In this document: positions 56,542 to 64,000 of the stretch, in pieces
Layout of the letters: each line of letters opens with the position of its first letter
Position numbering within the stretch: the stretch's first letter is position 1
From: Bacillales bacterium UBA784
Lineage (GTDB): Bacteria; Bacillota_I; Bacilli_A; RFN20; CAG-288
Length of the DNA stretch: 64,000 bases
Reading direction: 5' to 3'
Assembly: GCA_002297045.1 (NCBI GenBank)
Contig: DBJE01000013.1
Coordinates: 272,509 to 336,508, forward strand
Made by a program: the position numbers and the translations under genes
Notes under the pieces: generated by a model
Told to the model about the DNA's origin: nothing
Database searches by the model: none
The model's input: only the letters and a program-made list of their open reading frames with translations

Positions 56542-58008
56542 TTGGCGGACGATTCCCTTGACCTGAACGAGGTTTCCGTTCTCGGCAACATTCTTCTTGA
56601 TTCTAGTTCGGATTCAAGGCTGACGGCCAATCAGGCCTTAACTCCGGATGATTTCTCTGATTCCCGTAATCGGATTATTTTCGAGACGAGGCAGGAAAGG
56701 ATGCTGACGAACATCAAGCCGGATTTGGCTACCTTGAAGGATGCCTTGACGAACAAGAAGGTTCTTGATGCCGCCGGAGGAAGGGAATACCTTCAGCTGA
56801 TTCTGGCTAAGACCGTTTCCATTACCTCGATTGAAAACTATGTCAATGCTATCCGCGACCGCTCCCTTCTCAATAGTTTTCTTGGTCTTCTTAGCCGGAT
56901 TGAGAGCGATGCGAAGACCAAACCGATCAGCGATGTCTCTGATTTCATCGGTAAGGCCGAGGTGGATATTCTTGGCATTACCCATCAAAGACGGATTAAG
57001 CAGGCTTTTAAGCTTAGCGATATCAATGATCAGCTTGTGACAAAGCTTGTCAGGCAGTCCGAGCGGTTCAAGAAAGAAGGAATCCGTCCTGACGGAATAA
57101 CGGGAATCCGGACAGGCTATGGGGATCTTGACAAACTGACCAAGGGTTTCCAGAAAGGGGAAAGGATTATTATCGGTGCCCGTCCTTCCGTCGGAAAGAC
57201 GGCTTTCGCCCTTAACCTTCTCTATAACATTGCCAGTCAGAATATCCCGGTCATCTTCTTTTCCCTTGAAAGGAATGCCGTGTCGATTAACAAACGTCTT
57301 CTCGAAAGGGCTTCGAGCCTTTCCGCTAGCGAAATCGACTCAAGGATGTTTCAGCCTGGTTCCACCCAGTCCCGTCTTCTTGTCGAAACAAAGGGCGATC
57401 CCGACCTTACTTCTAAGGTAAAAAGGCTTCAAAACGGAAGGAACACTCTTCGGAACAGGCCCTTTTATATCGACGACAACACCTCTTCCAAGAGGAACGA
57501 CATCGTCACCCGCTGCCAGAAGCTGAAGAACCAGATTAACAATGTCGGACTTATTGCGATTGACTATCTTGGCCTTATCACTTCTCCGAGCAAACGTGCA
57601 CAGGAAAACCGTCAGTCCGAAGTGGCAGAGATTTCCCGCCAGATTAAGCAGATGGCCAGAGACCTTGACGTCCCTGTCATCGCCTTAAGTCAGCTTTCCC
57701 GTGAGTCCGCTAAACGGAACGCCGATCATACTCCTCAGCTTTCCGATTTGCGTGATTCCGGTACCATTGAGCAGGATGCCGACAGGATTTTTAGGATCGA
57801 CCGTCCGGATTACTTCAATAAGCCAGGTGTTCAGGCGGAAGGAGGACAGCCGCCGAGGAGGGAACAGCAGCAAAGCCCCTTTTCCAAGACGATTTTAATG
57901 CTACAGAAAAACCGTAACGGTCCTATAGGAAACTGCGCCTTTAGGTTCGATAAGGAGCATCAGCGCTTCTCGGCCCTGGACGAGAATGCCGATGAAAGTG
58001 CCTTCTGA
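56542..58008 (+). CDS. dnaB: replicative DNA helicase (DnaB/DnaC-Bsu type)
   Basis: TTG start (AAGGAG upstream). Motifs are GARPSVGKTAFALN (Walker A), FSLE(AGG), IAIDYLGLI, EISRQIKQMARDLDVPVIALSQLSRE and LRDSGTIEQDAD. Confidence 0.9.
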   Translation: MADDSLDLNEVSVLGNILLDSSSDSRLTANQALTPDDFSDSRNRIIFETRQERMLTNIKPDLATLKDALTNKKVLDAAGGREYLQLILAKTVSITSIENYVNAIRDRSLLNSFLGLLSRIESDAKTKPISDVSDFIGKAEVDILGITHQRRIKQAFKLSDINDQLVTKLVRQSERFKKEGIRPDGITGIRTGYGDLDKLTKGFQKGERIIIGARPSVGKTAFALNLLYNIASQNIPVIFFSLERNAVSINKRLLERASSLSASEIDSRMFQPGSTQSRLLVETKGDPDLTSKVKRLQNGRNTLRNRPFYIDDNTSSKRNDIVTRCQKLKNQINNVGLIAIDYLGLITSPSKRAQENRQSEVAEISRQIKQMARDLDVPVIALSQLSRESAKRNADHTPQLSDLRDSGTIEQDADRIFRIDRPDYFNKPGVQAEGGQPPRREQQQSPFSKTILMLQKNRNGPIGNCAFRFDKEHQRFSALDENADESAF

Positions 58009-58766
58009 TGCTTTACGATGTCATTTCATCCGGCTCCAGCGGAAATGCGACAGCCGTATTTTCCAACAATCAGGTAATTCTTCTTGACTTTGGTATTTCG
58101 AAAAAAAGAATTACAAAAGCACTAAATGGCTATGGAAGGACTTTTGATTCCCTTCTTGCCGTTTTTATTTCCCATAACCACTCGGATCATGTCAGCAATG
58201 CCTTTAACACTCCTAGAGAGAAGCTTTTCGCTTCCACTCCTACCTTGCCCAAGGTGGATTTCGTCATCCAAGGCGACCATCTTCTTGTTCCGTTCAAGAA
58301 AGTCAAAATCGGATGCTTTACCATCACTCCTCTTCCAATCAGCCACGATGCCCCTAACCCGGTCGGCTTCCTTGTCGAAGACGGAAAGGAATCCCTTGTC
58401 TATCTTACCGACACCGGGTTTGTCCCGGAAAAGGACTTTCCGTTCCTTAGGGGGAAGACTTACTATATTTTCGAATCAAACCATGATCCAAAGAGGCTCT
58501 TTGAGTCCAAACGTCCGGATTATCTTATCCGCCGGATTACTTCCGACAAAGGACATCTTGCCAACTGCGACAGCGGATATTATCTTTCCCAGTTTGTCAC
58601 TTCGGCAACAAAGGAGGTCGTCCTTGCCCATCTTTCCGATGAGTGCAACACGCCCGATCTTGCCTTGGATACCTGTCTTGGGGTAAGGCAAAGACAGCTT
58701 GGCTATATTCCGGAGTGTTCCCTTGTCTGCGCAAGCGACAAAAAAGAAACCAAGGGGGGAAGATGA
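58008..58766 (+). CDS. MBL-fold metallo-hydrolase (YycJ-like)
   Basis: ISHNHSDHV (HxHxDH motif). There is a 1-nt overlap with the dnaB stop and a 4-nt ATGA overlap with rlmH. Confidence 0.7.
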   Translation: MLYDVISSGSSGNATAVFSNNQVILLDFGISKKRITKALNGYGRTFDSLLAVFISHNHSDHVSNAFNTPREKLFASTPTLPKVDFVIQGDHLLVPFKKVKIGCFTITPLPISHDAPNPVGFLVEDGKESLVYLTDTGFVPEKDFPFLRGKTYYIFESNHDPKRLFESKRPDYLIRRITSDKGHLANCDSGYYLSQFVTSATKEVVLAHLSDECNTPDLALDTCLGVRQRQLGYIPECSLVCASDKKETKGGR

Positions 58767-59239
58767 ACATCCGCTTTCTTATCCCGGGCAAGGCAAGAGA
58801 GCCTTTCCTTCTTTCCGGATACCAGGAATACCTTAAACGCCTTTCCCGTTTTGGCAAGATAGAAATCATTTCCCTTCCGGAAGAACCTAGGGGAAAGAAA
58901 CCATCCGAAAAGGAGATTTCCTCCGGACTGAAAAAGGAAGCAGAGAGAAGGCTTAAGCAGATTAAGGCGGACGACTTTGTCTTCCTCGTCGACATTCACG
59001 GAAAACAGATCGATTCTTCCTCTTTTGCCTTGGAAAGGAAGAAGGCCTTAAGCAAGAAAGGGAATCTCGACTTTGTCTTCGGCTCTTCCTATGGGCTAGA
59101 CGATTCTCTTCGTAAGCGGGCAGACTATTCTCTTTCCCTCTCTTCCCTGACCTTCACCCATTATAGGGCCCTCCTGCTTGCCATCGAACAGGTTTACCGG
59201 GCAAGGAAGATTCTTTCCGGAGAGACCTATGACAAGTGA
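58763..59239 (+). CDS. rlmH: 23S rRNA (pseudouridine1915-N3)-methyltransferase RlmH
   Basis: The start is taken at ATG 58763 (MNIRFLIPGKAREPFL...), giving 158 aa. The C-terminal LSLSSLTFTH...IEQVYRA matches the SPOUT RlmH C-terminus. The track ORF (58643) is extended upstream inside the MBL gene. Confidence 0.85.
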   Translation: MNIRFLIPGKAREPFLLSGYQEYLKRLSRFGKIEIISLPEEPRGKKPSEKEISSGLKKEAERRLKQIKADDFVFLVDIHGKQIDSSSFALERKKALSKKGNLDFVFGSSYGLDDSLRKRADYSLSLSSLTFTHYRALLLAIEQVYRARKILSGETYDK

Positions 59240-59304
59240 AGAGCCGGGAATCGAAAAAAAGAATTGACAAATAGAAAGGGAATATCTAAACTATTTAACG
59301 CCCT

Positions 59305-59379
59305 TGGGATATAGTCAAGCGGTAAGACAACGGTCTCTGAAACCGTGATGCCTTGGTTCGAATCCAAGTATCCCAGCCA
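59305..59379 (+). tRNA. tRNA-Gln (anticodon CUG), CCA encoded
   Basis: TGGGATA-TA-GTC-AAGCGGTAA-GAC-A-ACGGT-CTCTGAA-ACCGT-GATGC-CTTGG-TTCGAAT-CCAAG-TATCCCA-G-CCA. U1:A72 and G73 are typical of bacterial tRNA-Gln. Confidence 0.9.
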
Positions 59380-59388
59380 TTGAATGAA

Positions 59389-59421
59389 ACGCCCGCCTTC
59401 CGGCGGGTTTTTTCTTTTTTT
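59389..59421 (+). terminator. intrinsic terminator after tRNA-Gln
   Basis: CCCGCC-ttcc-GGCGGG followed by TTTTTTCTTTTTTT. Confidence 0.8.
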
Positions 59422-59521
59422 CCTTTCTGCCAAGGCAAATCCCAATCCTAGACAAGGGACGACAAGCAACCTTTTTTCAGCTTGAAAGTTTCTTACTTTC
59501 CTCATAATATCCTATCCTATT

Positions 59522-59530
59522 TGGTATAAT
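59522..59530 (+). promoter_or_regulatory. extended -10 promoter element (TGgTATAAT) upstream of pcrA
   Basis: TGGTATAAT lies 27 nt upstream of ATG 59557. The RBS GGAGGAG is at 59541-59547. Confidence 0.4.
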
Positions 59531-59556
59531 TTTCTTCGACGGAGGAGAACCTTTCC

Positions 59557-63884
<4,328 letters not shown>

Positions 63885-63986
63885 GCTCCCGTCTTCTTTA
63901 TCTTGTTAATTTACTAGAGTATAATAACTAAATGCATTTCCCCTATTTCTTAATGGAATAGGAAACCCTAATCAAGGAGCGACAAA

Positions 63987-64000
63987 ATGATAAAAGTAAC
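63987..64000 (+). CDS. start of an unidentified gene (only 14 nt in window)
   Basis: AAGGAG lies 8 nt upstream of ATG 63987 (MIKV...). In many Bacillota gatC follows ligA, but 4 codons cannot support that call. Confidence 0.2.

Overview
This window is a low-to-moderate GC chromosomal segment from a Bacillota (class Bacilli-like) organism that encodes many lipoproteins. TGA, TAA and TAG all act as stops. The right-hand 12 kb has the classic Firmicute synteny: comFA-comFC, gdpP-rplI-dnaB, MBL hydrolase, rlmH, tRNA-Gln, pcrA-ligA.

The most important observation is that the supplied standard-code translations look systematically wrong at one codon. In-frame AGG sits at invariant methionine positions in DnaB, PcrA/UvrD and LigA (FSLE-M, NKAAxE-M, YGG-M-xF, V-M-L-M-T-x-H, EVRGExY-M-P). 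Elsewhere it sits at hydrophobic positions. Every invariant arginine I checked is CGN or AGA. This fits an AGG->Met sense-codon reassignment. None of the three tRNA genes in the window (Leu-CAA, Pro-CGG, Gln-CUG) can read AGG.

The second notable region, about 6.2-23.7 kb, is a 17.5 kb flavin-based extracytosolic electron-transfer supercluster. It contains two complete rnfCDGEA paralog sets. The first set has divergent RnfE/RnfA that lack half of the Fe-S-ligating cysteines and has no rnfB. The second set has an enlarged multi-module RnfG, an N-terminal-only RnfB and an extra Cys-rich micro-protein. Between and before the two sets lie two ApbE-type flavin-transferase lipoproteins, a lipoprotein with two FMN-binding modules, and one with four.

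Other content:
- a dlt-like (A-C-B-D order) carrier-protein/MBOAT system
- tandem paralogous lipoproteins
- two paralogous membrane proteins, one carrying an internal 2 x 80-aa repeat
- a Fic/Doc-like gene lacking the catalytic His, flanked by AT-rich non-coding DNA
- a heterodimeric ABC exporter, cysE, a Na/Pi cotransporter and several intrinsic terminators

I saw no CRISPR array, IS element, prophage or rRNA. All residue strings quoted below use the standard-code track, so an 'R' encoded by AGG should probably read 'M'.
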